DNA of 64,000 bases from an uncultured Flavobacterium sp. (GTDB taxonomy: Bacteria; Bacteroidota; Bacteroidia; Flavobacteriales; Flavobacteriaceae). Of this stretch, positions 30,148 through 40,111 are shown in pieces. Made by a program: the position numbers and the translations under genes. The DNA lies in assembly GCF_943913405.1 (NCBI RefSeq), contig NZ_CALTYA010000002.1, positions 43,820-107,819 on the forward strand, in the 5' to 3' direction. The notes below the pieces were generated by a model. That model was not told the DNA's origin. It worked only from the letters and a program-made list of their open reading frames with translations, and searched no databases. The first letter of the stretch is position 1; each line of letters begins with the position of its first letter.

Positions 30148-31023
30148 ATGGCATCTTCTTTCGAAAAATTTCAAAAGCGACGACTTATTTCTTCTTATTT
30201 TTCTGTAGTATTGAGTGTTTTCTTGGTACTTTTTTTATTGGGAATTTTGGGGTTATTTGTAATCAATTCTAAGAAATTATCGGATGACTTCAAGGAAGAA
30301 ATCGCCATGTCGGTTTATTTTAAAAACGAAGCAAACGATAGTCTTATCAACGCTTTTGACACTGAAATGAAGACTTCAAAGTTTGTAAAATCGTACAATT
30401 TTGTGACGAAAGAGCAAGCTGCAAAACAGCACACAGATATTATCGGGGAAGATTTTATGGCGTTCTTGGGAGAAAATCCATTGGAAAATTCTTTTGATAT
30501 TCACTTAAAAGCAGATTATATTGTGACCGACAGCATCAAGAAATTTGAAGCTAGAATTTTAGAATATCCGATGGTTTCTGATATTGTGTATGATAAAGTT
30601 TTGGTGAATTTAGTAAACGACAACATTCAGAAAATCAGTTTCTGGATTTTAATTGCCAGCGGATTTTTGGCTTTGGTAGCGGTTTTGCTAATCAACAGCT
30701 CGATGCGTTTGTCAATTTATTCGAACCGTTTTATCATCAAAACAATGCAGATGGTTGGCGCAACAAAATCATTTATCAGAAAACCTTTCATTTGGAGAAG
30801 CATCAAATTGGGCGTGATCGGTTCTGTTTTAGCGATTATCGCTTTGATGGGCGTTTTATATTATGTAGACACCAATTTCCCGAATTTGAATATTTTGGAA
30901 GACCAGTTTATGATTTCACTAGTTTTAGTTGGTGTTTTGGCAGTAGGAATCCTGATTACTTGGTTCAGCACTTTCTTTGCGACGCAACGCTTCTTGAATT
31001 TGAGAACAGACGACCTTTATTAG
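30148..31023 (+). CDS. ftsX: Cell division protein FtsX-like permease
   Basis: N-terminal TM segment, large periplasmic loop, three C-terminal TM segments. Synteny with DUF3098-uppP-truB. Confidence 0.65.
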   Translation: MASSFEKFQKRRLISSYFSVVLSVFLVLFLLGILGLFVINSKKLSDDFKEEIAMSVYFKNEANDSLINAFDTEMKTSKFVKSYNFVTKEQAAKQHTDIIGEDFMAFLGENPLENSFDIHLKADYIVTDSIKKFEARILEYPMVSDIVYDKVLVNLVNDNIQKISFWILIASGFLALVAVLLINSSMRLSIYSNRFIIKTMQMVGATKSFIRKPFIWRSIKLGVIGSVLAIIALMGVLYYVDTNFPNLNILEDQFMISLVLVGVLAVGILITWFSTFFATQRFLNLRTDDLY

Positions 31024-31069
31024 ACTTCTTAGACAACTTAGATTATTAGACTTTAAGACATAAAAAATT

Positions 31070-31318
31070 ATGAATAAAGAAACGAATACAAACAAACACG
31101 AGTTCCTTTTTGAGAAGGTAAATTACAAATTTTTATTGATTGGAATTGCGGTTATTGCGCTTGGATTTATCTTGATGTCTGGCGGAGGAACTGATAATCC
31201 TGCGGTTTTCAGCGATAAGATTTTTGATTTCAGAAGAATTCGTTTGGCTCCAACAACAGTATTGATTGGTTTTGGAATTACGATTTATGCGATTTTAAAG
31301 AACCCTAAGAAAAATTAG
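31070..31318 (+). CDS. Small membrane protein (DUF3098-like)
   Basis: Two TM segments. Conserved position between ftsX and uppP in Bacteroidetes. Confidence 0.5.
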   Translation: MNKETNTNKHEFLFEKVNYKFLLIGIAVIALGFILMSGGGTDNPAVFSDKIFDFRRIRLAPTTVLIGFGITIYAILKNPKKN

Positions 31319-31392
31319 ATAACTCGAATGTCCGATTTTTAGATTTTTCGAACTATCGAACTATCAAATAATCGAACTATCAAAATAAAAAT

Positions 31393-32205
31393 ATGGATTT
31401 AATTCAAGCTATTTTAATCGCCATTGTTGAAGGTTTAACAGAGTATCTGCCGGTTTCTTCTACGGGACACATGATTTTCACGAGTTCTTTTTTCGGAATT
31501 CAGGAAGATGATTTCGTAAAATTATTTCAAGTTTCCATTCAATTCGGAGCCATTTTGGCGGTCGTAGCCTTGTATTGGAAGAAATTCTTTGACTTCTCTA
31601 AATTTAGTTTTTACATAAAATTGGCGTGCGCCGTTTTGCCCGCACTGGTTTTAGGATACATTTTTGACGATGCTATCGATGCGGTTTTGGGAGATCCAAT
31701 TCCTATTGCGATTGTGTTAATCGTCGGAGGCTTTATATTGTTATTCATTGATAATTATTTTAAGAACCCAACGATTGCTTCAGAAGAAGAAATTTCAATA
31801 AAAAAAGCCGTGACAATTGGTTTTTGGCAATGTTTGGCGATGATGCCGGGAACAAGTCGTTCTGCAGCCTCGATTATTGGTGGCATGCAACAAGGATTGA
31901 CAAGACAAACTGCAGCGGAATTCTCATTCTTTTTGGCAGTACCAACCATGTTGGCGGTGACTTGCTACTCGGTTTTTTTGAAAACGTATCATGTTTCAAA
32001 TTTGAAAGGCTATGAATTATTGATGCAATCGGGTGATAACCTAAAATTGTTTTTGATTGGAAATGTTGTGGCTTTTATCGTTTCGATTATTGCAATCAAA
32101 TTCTTTATTGGAGTTATTAAAAAATATGGTTTCAAGCCTTGGGGTTACTACAGAATCATCGCTGGAACACTATTTTTAGTTTACTTTATTTACATTAAAA
32201 AATAA
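31393..32205 (+). CDS. uppP: Undecaprenyl-diphosphate phosphatase
   Basis: MDLIQAILIAIVEGLTEYLPVSSTGHMI… is the BacA/UppP N-terminal signature. 8-TM profile. Confidence 0.85.
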   Translation: MDLIQAILIAIVEGLTEYLPVSSTGHMIFTSSFFGIQEDDFVKLFQVSIQFGAILAVVALYWKKFFDFSKFSFYIKLACAVLPALVLGYIFDDAIDAVLGDPIPIAIVLIVGGFILLFIDNYFKNPTIASEEEISIKKAVTIGFWQCLAMMPGTSRSAASIIGGMQQGLTRQTAAEFSFFLAVPTMLAVTCYSVFLKTYHVSNLKGYELLMQSGDNLKLFLIGNVVAFIVSIIAIKFFIGVIKKYGFKPWGYYRIIAGTLFLVYFIYIKK

Positions 32206-32912
32206 TGAAATTATCCGTACAAGATTTTCAGGAAGGCCAGGTTTTATTGATTGACAAGCCTTTAAAATGGACCTCCTTTCAAGCGGTTAATAAATTAAAA
32301 TATGCTTTAATCACTAAAGTCGGACTTCCGAAAAAATTTAAAATTGGCCATGCCGGAACTTTAGATCCATTAGCTTCAGGATTACTTTTAGTTTGCACCG
32401 GAAAGTTCACCAAAAGAATTACCGAATTACAAGGCCAAGCCAAAGAATATACAGGAACAATCACCGTTGGAGGCACAACTCCGTCGTATGATTTGGAAAC
32501 TGAAATCAACGAAACTTTCCCAATTGAACATATTACGGAGGATTTAATTCACGAAACCGTAAAACAGTTTTTAGGCGAAATTGATCAGCGTCCTCCGATA
32601 TTTTCAGCCTTGAAAAAAGATGGAGTTCGTTTGTATGAACACGCAAGAGCCGGCGAAGAAATTGAAATTCCGACTAGAAAAACGGTCATTCACGAATTTG
32701 AAATTACCAGAATTGACTTGCCAGAAATCGACTTCAGAGTGGTTTGTAGCAAAGGAACTTATATTCGATCCTTAGCTTTTGATTTTGGAAAAGCTTTGAA
32801 TTCTGGAGCACATCTTTCTGCTTTGCGAAGAACAAAAATTGGCGATTATAAAGTGGAAGACGGTTATGATTTAGAAGCTTTTGTGGATTCTATTTCTGAA
32901 AAAGAAGAATAA
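32205..32912 (+). CDS. truB: tRNA pseudouridine(55) synthase
   Basis: Catalytic-Asp motif GHAGTLDPLASGLL. Start overlaps the uppP stop. Confidence 0.85.
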   Translation: MKLSVQDFQEGQVLLIDKPLKWTSFQAVNKLKYALITKVGLPKKFKIGHAGTLDPLASGLLLVCTGKFTKRITELQGQAKEYTGTITVGGTTPSYDLETEINETFPIEHITEDLIHETVKQFLGEIDQRPPIFSALKKDGVRLYEHARAGEEIEIPTRKTVIHEFEITRIDLPEIDFRVVCSKGTYIRSLAFDFGKALNSGAHLSALRRTKIGDYKVEDGYDLEAFVDSISEKEE

Positions 32913-32915
32913 ATT

Positions 32916-33545
32916 ATGAAAAAAGCAATTCTTGTATTTCTTTTAAGTTTTACGTATTTATCAAATGCACAAATAAGCCCTTCCGATTTAAGAACAGGCG
33001 ATTTTATTTTCCAAGATATGGATTGCGGTCCGTTATGCGATGCAATTGAAGCTGTTACTCAAGGTTGCAAAGGAAATGATTTCAGCCATATGGGATTGGT
33101 TTATAAAAAAAATGATACGATTTACATTATTGAAGCAGCTGGTTCTGCGGTTCGATTGAATACCTTGGAAAAATTTTCAAAAAATACAAAAAAACCAATG
33201 TACATCGGAAGAGTCAAAAAGAAATATGAAAAATTAATTCCAGAAGCGATTTCTTTTTCTTTGGAACAAATTGGTGTTCCGTATGACGATGATTATGTTT
33301 ATGACAACGGAAAATATTATTGTTCAGAATTGATTTATGACGCTTTCAAAAAGGCAAATAAGGGAAAACCGTTCTTCCAATTATTTCCAATGACTTATAA
33401 AGAACCGGGAACGAATGACTTTTTCCCAGCTTGGGTTGACTATTACAAACAAATCGGAAGCGAAATTCCTGAAGGAAAACCGGGATGTAATCCTGGCGGG
33501 ATGTCAACTTCTGATAAAATTTCTATTCTGGGAACTTTGAAATGA
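32916..33545 (+). CDS. YiiX/YaeF-family permuted papain-like amidase, secreted
   Basis: Signal peptide. YYCSELIYDAF Cys motif and an upstream His (…FSHMGLVY…), typical of the C92 permuted papain family. Confidence 0.45.
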   Translation: MKKAILVFLLSFTYLSNAQISPSDLRTGDFIFQDMDCGPLCDAIEAVTQGCKGNDFSHMGLVYKKNDTIYIIEAAGSAVRLNTLEKFSKNTKKPMYIGRVKKKYEKLIPEAISFSLEQIGVPYDDDYVYDNGKYYCSELIYDAFKKANKGKPFFQLFPMTYKEPGTNDFFPAWVDYYKQIGSEIPEGKPGCNPGGMSTSDKISILGTLK

Positions 33546-33619
33546 AACACGAATTTCACGAATTATCACGAATTCTAATTTGTGATAATTCGTGAAATCT
33601 GTGTTGAATATTTTTCTAT

Positions 33620-34231
33620 TTATTCCTGAATTTCAATCAAACGCATCATTTCCAAAAGCTCATTTTGACTGCTCAAACCTTTGTCGTGCAGATACCACAT
33701 TTGCAATTCTGTTTTGATGGTTTCGTCTAAAATGCCGTGTTTTTCTTTATAGTTTTTAATCAAATCTCTAGCTTCATTTGGTCTTGGTCCCCAATCTCCT
33801 AAAACTTCCAATGTTTCTGAATTGAGAATAATCAACTTCGGAATTGACTTTCCGCCATTAGTTAAAAACTGATTCATCAACGCTTCATTTTCGTCACGAA
33901 GCACGATTTTAAAATCGATATTATCCGTCAAAACTTCCATTTTATGCATAATCGGAAGCAATTGCGCGGCATCGCCACACCAGCCTTCAGAAATAACCAA
34001 CCAAATATATTTCTTCTCCAAAAGTTTCAATCGTTCTACATTTTCCGGAGTGATTACAATAGTTTTCTCCAAACGATTCATTCTGGTTTCGTTCAAATTG
34101 CTGTAATGCAGTAAGTCTTCCGATTGGGAATTTCCTGTTGATTTTCCTTCCGAAAGCAAATCCGTAACCACTTTTCTATATTCAAAATAAGTCAGGCTTT
34201 TGTCCAAACTGTTCTTAATTATATCTTTCAT
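33620..34231 (-). CDS. Thioredoxin-like family protein
   Basis: WCGDAAQ redox-like motif within a ~200-aa Trx-fold-length protein. Confidence 0.45.
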   Translation of the reverse strand: MKDIIKNSLDKSLTYFEYRKVVTDLLSEGKSTGNSQSEDLLHYSNLNETRMNRLEKTIVITPENVERLKLLEKKYIWLVISEGWCGDAAQLLPIMHKMEVLTDNIDFKIVLRDENEALMNQFLTNGGKSIPKLIILNSETLEVLGDWGPRPNEARDLIKNYKEKHGILDETIKTELQMWYLHDKGLSSQNELLEMMRLIEIQE

Positions 34232-34382
34232 AACTTTGATTTAGCGCCACAAAATTAATTCTAAAAAACGGAAATACTTTTTTTTAAGCAACTTATTCCA
34301 AAAAAACAGATTATGACTATATTTGCACAACTTTTGGGATTTTCAAAAACGAATCTGCCGAAAGAAAAACTAAAACACAACT

Positions 34383-35090
34383 ATGAAATATAAAAGAATC
34401 CTTCTAAAATTAAGCGGAGAAGCCTTGATGGGCGACAGACAATATGGTATCGATCCAGCAAGATTGGCTGAATATGCAGAAGAAATTAAAGAAATCCACG
34501 ATAAAGGCGTAGAAATTGCAATCGTGATTGGAGGAGGAAATATTTTTCGTGGCGTTGCCGGAGCAAGCAACGGAATGGACCGCGTTCAAGGCGATTATAT
34601 GGGAATGTTGGCAACGGTTATCAACGGAATGGCACTTCAAGGCGCTCTTGAAGACAAAGGAATGTTGACGCGTTTGCAAACAGCTTTAAAAATTGAAGCA
34701 ATTGCAGAACCTTATATCAAAAGAAGAGCGGTTCGTCACCTTGAAAAAGGAAGAATTGTAATTTTTGGAGCTGGAACCGGAAATCCATACTTTACAACAG
34801 ATACGGCAGCGGTTTTAAGAGGTGTTGAAGTTCACGCTGACGTGATTTTAAAAGGAACTCGCGTTGATGGAGTTTACACTTCTGATCCAGAAAAAAATGC
34901 TGATGCTGTAAAATTCGACACGATTTCATTCGAAGACGTTTTGAAAAAAGGATTGAACGTAATGGATACAACGGCTTTCACTTTAAGCCAAGAAAACGAA
35001 TTGCCGATCGTTGTTTTTGATATGAACAAAAGAGGAAACCTTCTAAAAATCTGCGAAGGACAAAATATTGGAACAGTAGTTAATGTATAA
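34383..35090 (+). CDS. pyrH: UMP kinase
   Basis: [13 protein letters not shown]-terminal nucleotide-binding motif and full-length amino-acid-kinase fold. Confidence 0.9.
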   Translation: MKYKRILLKLSGEALMGDRQYGIDPARLAEYAEEIKEIHDKGVEIAIVIGGGNIFRGVAGASNGMDRVQGDYMGMLATVINGMALQGALEDKGMLTRLQTALKIEAIAEPYIKRRAVRHLEKGRIVIFGAGTGNPYFTTDTAAVLRGVEVHADVILKGTRVDGVYTSDPEKNADAVKFDTISFEDVLKKGLNVMDTTAFTLSQENELPIVVFDMNKRGNLLKICEGQNIGTVVNV

Positions 35091-35167
35091 TTTTTAGACT
35101 GCTTAGACTGCTTAGATTGCCAGACAGTCTAAAAGTCTAACCATCTAATACTCTAAAAATCTAAAAG

Positions 35168-35731
35168 ATGACTGAAGAAATTGATTTTATATTAGACAGC
35201 ACAAAAGAATCTATGGAAGGTTCAATTGCACACCTTGAAAAAGAATTTTTAAATATCCGTGCTGGAAAAGCGAGTCCTGCGATGTTGGGAAGCGTTTTTG
35301 TAGAATATTATGGTTCTCAAACAGCTTTGTCGCAAGTTTCAAAATTAAGCGTTCCGGATGCGAGAACGATTACGATCCAGCCTTTTGAAAAAAACATGAT
35401 CCAGCCAATTGAAAAGGCGATTCAACTTGCAAATATCGGGTTTAACCCGATGAACAATGGCGATATGATCATCATTAGCGTACCGCCTTTGACAGAAGAA
35501 CGTCGTCGTGATTTGGCAAAACAAGCTAAATCTGAAGCAGAAGATGCAAAAATCGGAGTAAGAAATGTTCGTAAAGACTCAAATACGGATATCAAAAAGC
35601 TAGAAAAAGAAGGGACTTCAGAAGATATTTGCAAAAGCGCAGAAGACGAAGTTCAAAATTTGACTAATGCTTACATCAAAAAAATCGATGAACTTTTAGC
35701 TGCAAAAGAAGCTGAGATTATGAAAGTTTAA
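35168..35731 (+). CDS. frr: Ribosome recycling factor
   Basis: Full-length match to RRF (…EKEFLNIRAGKASPAMLGSVFVEYYG…). The pyrH-frr synteny is universal. Confidence 0.9.
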   Translation: MTEEIDFILDSTKESMEGSIAHLEKEFLNIRAGKASPAMLGSVFVEYYGSQTALSQVSKLSVPDARTITIQPFEKNMIQPIEKAIQLANIGFNPMNNGDMIIISVPPLTEERRRDLAKQAKSEAEDAKIGVRNVRKDSNTDIKKLEKEGTSEDICKSAEDEVQNLTNAYIKKIDELLAAKEAEIMKV

Positions 35732-35744
35732 TACTTTGCTATTT

Positions 35745-35788
35745 AAAAAAAAGGCCGAAAATCGAGATTGATTTTCGGCCTTTTTTTT
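35745..35788. terminator. Bidirectional rho-independent terminator
   Basis: GGCCGAAAATC…GATTTTCGGCC stem with an A8 run upstream and a T8 run downstream, between the convergent frr and AraC genes. Confidence 0.7.
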
Positions 35789-36686
35789 ATCCCAAACGGT
35801 AAGCCAAGGGCGTAACAGATAATTGTTTTTTGAAGAAATTACTAAAATGCGCCGGTTCTTCAAAACCAAGACAATAGCTGATTTCAGAAATATTCCAATC
35901 GGTGTGTTTTAACAAAGCTTGCGCTTCATTCAATAATCTTTCTGAAATAAGAACTGTTGTCGTTTTTCCTGTTGTCAGCTTGATGGCGCGATTCAGGTGA
36001 TTTACGTGAACGTATAATTTCTCGGCAAAATCTTTAGCAGAACGGAATGTAAAACGTTGCGATGGCAGCTCAATCGGAAATTGCCTTTCCAATAATTCTG
36101 TAAAAACCGAAGTAATCCTTGAATTTGCATCCGGATGCTGGTAAAGCGTTTCTGCTGGCGAAATTTTCATGGCACAGTGAATCATTTCTGAAACATAATT
36201 CCGAATCAGATCATACTTGAATTGATATTCTGAATTGATTTCTTCAACCATCCGCTGAAAAATACTGCTGACCTGCTTATCCTGCTCTTCATTTAAAATG
36301 TAAGCTGGACGGCCTCCAATCTTAAACATGGGCAATTCATGAATTCCTTTTCGTAAAGATTCGGTAAAAAATATTTCCTTGAAAATACAGAAAAACCCTG
36401 TTTTTTCTCCCGAAATAGATTCAAAAGTATAAGGAACCTGTGGATTGAAAAATATCAGCATCGTTCCGTCAACCTCAATACTTTTATCGCCATAATGAAC
36501 AATATTTCTGCCCCGAATTAAGCTTATTTTGTAAAAATCTCTTCGTGCATAAATTACCGGTGAAGCGCCTTCTTGATAGCAATCCTCTGTCACAAAAACA
36601 TTAAAATGTCCCAAATCTTTCTGTAAATTGTCGGGAAGAAAACTGAATTTATGTTTGTAAAAATCTTCTAGCGTTTCTGTTGCCAT
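35787..36686 (-). CDS. AraC family transcriptional regulator
   Basis: C-terminal double HTH (…AEKLYVHVNHLNRAIK…ISEISYCLGFEEPAHFSNFFKK…). Confidence 0.7.
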   Translation of the reverse strand: MATETLEDFYKHKFSFLPDNLQKDLGHFNVFVTEDCYQEGASPVIYARRDFYKISLIRGRNIVHYGDKSIEVDGTMLIFFNPQVPYTFESISGEKTGFFCIFKEIFFTESLRKGIHELPMFKIGGRPAYILNEEQDKQVSSIFQRMVEEINSEYQFKYDLIRNYVSEMIHCAMKISPAETLYQHPDANSRITSVFTELLERQFPIELPSQRFTFRSAKDFAEKLYVHVNHLNRAIKLTTGKTTTVLISERLLNEAQALLKHTDWNISEISYCLGFEEPAHFSNFFKKQLSVTPLAYRLG

Positions 36687-36751
36687 AGCTTTAAATTTAA
36701 ACAGCCAAACCTGCTAAAAAATAGCAGGTTAGCTTTTTATAAAAATACAAA

Positions 36752-37594
36752 TTAATTAGTAAAATCAGTTGACAAACTTACATCCTTCCACTTTTCCATA
36801 TCAGAAGCAAGCGTTTCCATTTTGCCGGAAGCTCTTTTGTAAGAATCGCTTCCCAGATACAATCTTACAGGAGGATTTTCGCTTTCGGCCAAATTGATAA
36901 AAACTGTGGCCGCTTTTTCTGGATCTCCCAATTGCAATCCGTCCATTCCTTCATATCTTGCGTGCGATTCTCGAACTTCCTTATAATCATCAATCTTATT
37001 TTTTGACATTACCAGAGAATCTTCTGAAAGAAATTGCGTTCTGAAAGCACCCGGAGCAACTACTGTAACTTTGATTCCCAATGATTTTACATCTTCAGCC
37101 AAAACTTCTGACAAACCAACAATGGCGTGTTTTGCGGCAGAATAAATTGACCAGCCAATTGATGGCGCGAATCCGGCAATCGAAGAAATGTTGATGAAAT
37201 ATCCTGAACGCTGTGCTCTCAAATAAGGCATAGCTTTTTGGATTACGTTGATAGTCCCAAAAACATTGACATTGAAACTCTGCAAAATTTCTTCTTGCGT
37301 CAATTCTTCAGGCGTGCCACCAATGCCATAACCGGCATTGTTTACGATTACGTCTAATCTTCCAAAAGTTTCATGTGTTTTTTGGATTGCGTTTTCAACC
37401 GATTTCTCATCAGTCAAATCAACTTCAAGTGCTAAAAAATTCCCTTTTTCAGAATCGTTTACAGCATCTTGCAAAGCTTTTATATTTCTAGACGTCGCAG
37501 CAACATTATAGCCCGATGCCAATAATTTATTAACCAAAACGAGTCCTAATCCTTTGGAAGCTCCCGTTACTAGCCATACTTTTTTAGTTTCCAT
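36752..37594 (-). CDS. SDR family oxidoreductase
   Basis: TGASKGLG Rossmann motif, NNAG, YxxxK (YSAAK). Start placed at the internal ATG (METKKVWLVTG). Confidence 0.75.
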   Translation of the reverse strand: METKKVWLVTGASKGLGLVLVNKLLASGYNVAATSRNIKALQDAVNDSEKGNFLALEVDLTDEKSVENAIQKTHETFGRLDVIVNNAGYGIGGTPEELTQEEILQSFNVNVFGTINVIQKAMPYLRAQRSGYFINISSIAGFAPSIGWSIYSAAKHAIVGLSEVLAEDVKSLGIKVTVVAPGAFRTQFLSEDSLVMSKNKIDDYKEVRESHARYEGMDGLQLGDPEKAATVFINLAESENPPVRLYLGSDSYKRASGKMETLASDMEKWKDVSLSTDFTN

Positions 37595-37688
37595 ATGTTT
37601 TTTATTTGTTTTACTGCAGATCCGAAAATTTGAATTGAGCATTTTAAAATCTCCTCAAAAGAAATCTGCGAATCTGCAGTTGTTTTTA

Positions 37689-38531
37689 TTAGAAATTTGT
37701 AGCCGTTGCAAAATCGCGAACCGCTTCCATGTCTTCTTGGACAGCTTTTATTTTTTCTGATGCAAAATGGTAAGCATCTTCGCCCAAGAACAAATGCATT
37801 GGCGGATTTTGCATATTTGCTGTTTTGATAAAAGCAAGCGCCGCTTTTTCCGGATCTCCTGGCTGGTTTCCATTGATGTCGTTTTCATGCGCAGTCTGCA
37901 CTTCTCTTACCGTTTGGTACTCTTCAATCGGATTTTTTGGAACATTCAAAGAAGAATCCGTTAAGAAATTTGTCCTGAAATAGCCCGGAGAAACTACGGT
38001 TACATTAATTCCAAAATCCTTAACCTCAGCGCCCAAAGATTCAGAAAAACCGTGAACAGCAAATTTGGTAGCACAATAAATTCCGAATCCAGGAAAAGCT
38101 CCCGTAAAACCTCCGATAGAAGCTATATTAAAAATATGTCCTGACTTTTGCTGGCGTAAATAAGGCAAAACCTTGCGGATTACGTTTAAAGACCCAAACA
38201 CATTTATATCAAAATTCTTTCTAGCTTCGTCGTCTGACAATTCTTCTAAAGCGCCTGTCAATCCATAACCAGCGTTATTTACGACTACATCAATTTTTCC
38301 AAAATGATTCATCGCTTTTTCAATTCCTTCGCCTACATTTTTTTCATCTGTCAGATTTAATATCAAAGGAAGGAAGTTTTCGTGATTACCTACCGCATTT
38401 TCAAGTTCTTCTAAATTTCTAGAAGTTGCTACCACTTTTTCACCTTCATTTAATAATCTTTTAGCAAGAGACAATCCTAAACCTTTCGACGCTCCCGTTA
38501 TAAACCATACTTTTTGATTTGAATTTTTCAT
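37689..38531 (-). CDS. SDR family oxidoreductase (tandem paralog of 36752-37594)
   Basis: ITGASKGLG, NNAG, YCATK; collinear similarity to the neighbouring SDR. Confidence 0.75.
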   Translation of the reverse strand: MKNSNQKVWFITGASKGLGLSLAKRLLNEGEKVVATSRNLEELENAVGNHENFLPLILNLTDEKNVGEGIEKAMNHFGKIDVVVNNAGYGLTGALEELSDDEARKNFDINVFGSLNVIRKVLPYLRQQKSGHIFNIASIGGFTGAFPGFGIYCATKFAVHGFSESLGAEVKDFGINVTVVSPGYFRTNFLTDSSLNVPKNPIEEYQTVREVQTAHENDINGNQPGDPEKAALAFIKTANMQNPPMHLFLGEDAYHFASEKIKAVQEDMEAVRDFATATNF

Positions 38532-38788
38532 TTTGCTTTAATTTTTGATTAATAATTTACTTTAGTTTGATGAGGCAAAGTTATGGTGGCAATAGCCTTC
38601 CGTTATTGCGGTAAGCAAATCAAAAATTGCAAAATTCAAACAATTATAAGTTTGATTGAAAAAATATAGAGTTTAAAACAGACCTAATAATTTCATAAAA
38701 ATGGGCGTTAGATGTTGAAAAAACAAGGAAAACAGGCTTCAAACTGCTAAGTTTTTTTATCTTTAAACGCTATTACAAGCTTCTAAAA

Positions 38789-39361
38789 ATGAATACGACA
38801 AAAAAAGGACAGTTTTTGCTTTTCCCGCCACCACAATTAAGTGAATATTCGATCATGCTTTCGCCAAGCGACGAAATCAAAAGCGAAACTAAAAAACTGA
38901 AAAAGAAACTTTATAAAATGATTGGCCGTGAAACCGAAAATAAGAATTCGGTTGCCCACATTTCACTGTTCAAGACCAAATGGGAAAAGGACAAACATGT
39001 GCTGGACCGCGTGCGAAAAAGCATTGCCGACCAAAAAGAATTTTCTGTTGAAATTAATGGAACCGACGTTTATGACCACGGAACAAAAGCCAAAACGTTA
39101 TTTTTAAAAGTAGAAAATCCTAAGCCGATTCAGTCTTTATATGAATCTTTCAAAGAAGAATTCAAGATTAAAAGCGGGCTGAATCCGCATTTGACGATTG
39201 AGCAGAATATTCCTGTTTTAGATTTTGATAAAATTAAAGACAGCCTTGATACTTTCAATTATAAGAACGAATGGATTTGCAACAAAGTCACGATTTTAAA
39301 GAAGAAAGAGAATGGCGGTTTTAAAGTTGTAGAAGAAATTTTATTTCAAAGCAATGAATAA
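38789..39361 (+). CDS. 2H phosphoesterase superfamily protein (LigT / 2'-5' RNA ligase-like)
   Basis: Two H-x-[ST]-x motifs (AHISLFK and PHLTIEQ) at the spacing expected for the 2H fold. Confidence 0.45.
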   Translation: MNTTKKGQFLLFPPPQLSEYSIMLSPSDEIKSETKKLKKKLYKMIGRETENKNSVAHISLFKTKWEKDKHVLDRVRKSIADQKEFSVEINGTDVYDHGTKAKTLFLKVENPKPIQSLYESFKEEFKIKSGLNPHLTIEQNIPVLDFDKIKDSLDTFNYKNEWICNKVTILKKKENGGFKVVEEILFQSNE

Positions 39362-39371
39362 TTTATAAAAA

Positions 39372-39950
39372 ATGGTAGCGAATTTCCTGAAATATCTGGA
39401 AGAAAAATTCCCTTTGACAGACGCAGAGCGCGAATTGATTGCGGAAGTATGCGTTGTCAAAAAAATCAGGAAGCGCCAATATCTTTTGCAGGAAGGCGAT
39501 TTATGGCTAAAAAATGCATTTGTCTCCAAAGGAATTTTCAGAAGCTATCGCGTAGATGATAAAGGCCACGAACATGTTTTTCAATTCAGTCCAGAAAATT
39601 GGTGGACCGGAGATCCTGGAGGCTATTTCACCGAAACGCCAGCAAAATTAAACATCGACGCGCTTGAAGATTCTGAAGTTGTTATAATTGCCAAAGAAGA
39701 TTATCAAAGAATTTTAAAGACAATTCCCTTTTTAGGCGATTTTGCAAAAACACTTTTGGAAAGAAGTTTTGTTGCTTCCCAAAATCGAATTCACAGCCTG
39801 ATCAGTTCTACGGCCGAAGAAAAATACCAAGAGTTTATCAGAACCTATCCTAATATTATCAACCGAGTGCCGCAACACATGATTGCTTCCTATCTCGGAA
39901 TTTCTGCAGAAACATTGAGCCGAGCTCGAAATACAATAGCTAAAAAATAA
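39372..39950 (+). CDS. Crp/Fnr family transcriptional regulator
   Basis: N-terminal cNMP-binding-like beta-roll and C-terminal HTH (…MIASYLGISAETLSRARN…). Confidence 0.7.
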   Translation: MVANFLKYLEEKFPLTDAERELIAEVCVVKKIRKRQYLLQEGDLWLKNAFVSKGIFRSYRVDDKGHEHVFQFSPENWWTGDPGGYFTETPAKLNIDALEDSEVVIIAKEDYQRILKTIPFLGDFAKTLLERSFVASQNRIHSLISSTAEEKYQEFIRTYPNIINRVPQHMIASYLGISAETLSRARNTIAKK

Positions 39951-39974
39951 AAAAACTGAAAACGTCCTAAAACC

Positions 39975-40046
39975 CTTGACAAATGTCAAGAGTTTTTTTG
40001 CTTTTTGTCAATGGAAAAAGACTTGTTATTGACGCAACTTTGTCAA
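39975..40046. promoter_or_regulatory. Cluster of TTGACA/TGTCAA inverted-repeat operator-like sites
   Basis: Perfect palindrome CTTGACA-AA-TGTCAAG (39975-39990). An isolated TTGTCAA half-site follows. A second palindrome TTGAC-N8-GTCAA lies at 40029-40046. The 13-bp tandem repeat AACGAGATTTCAA ×2 (40055-40085) follows. All lie between the Crp/Fnr gene and the SDR start at 40112. Confidence 0.35.
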
Positions 40047-40111
40047 AGAAAATCAAACGAGATTTCAAACGAGATTTCAAACAAGTTTTAAAAAATTTAA
40101 AAAATAAAATC

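Noticed and set aside
39983-40111. N-terminal extension of the SDR ORF in the six-frame track (start at 39983)
   Set aside because: This segment holds the palindromic operator cluster and tandem repeats. The canonical SDR N-terminus (MTKLANKVALVTGGSRGIG) begins at the ATG at 40112.
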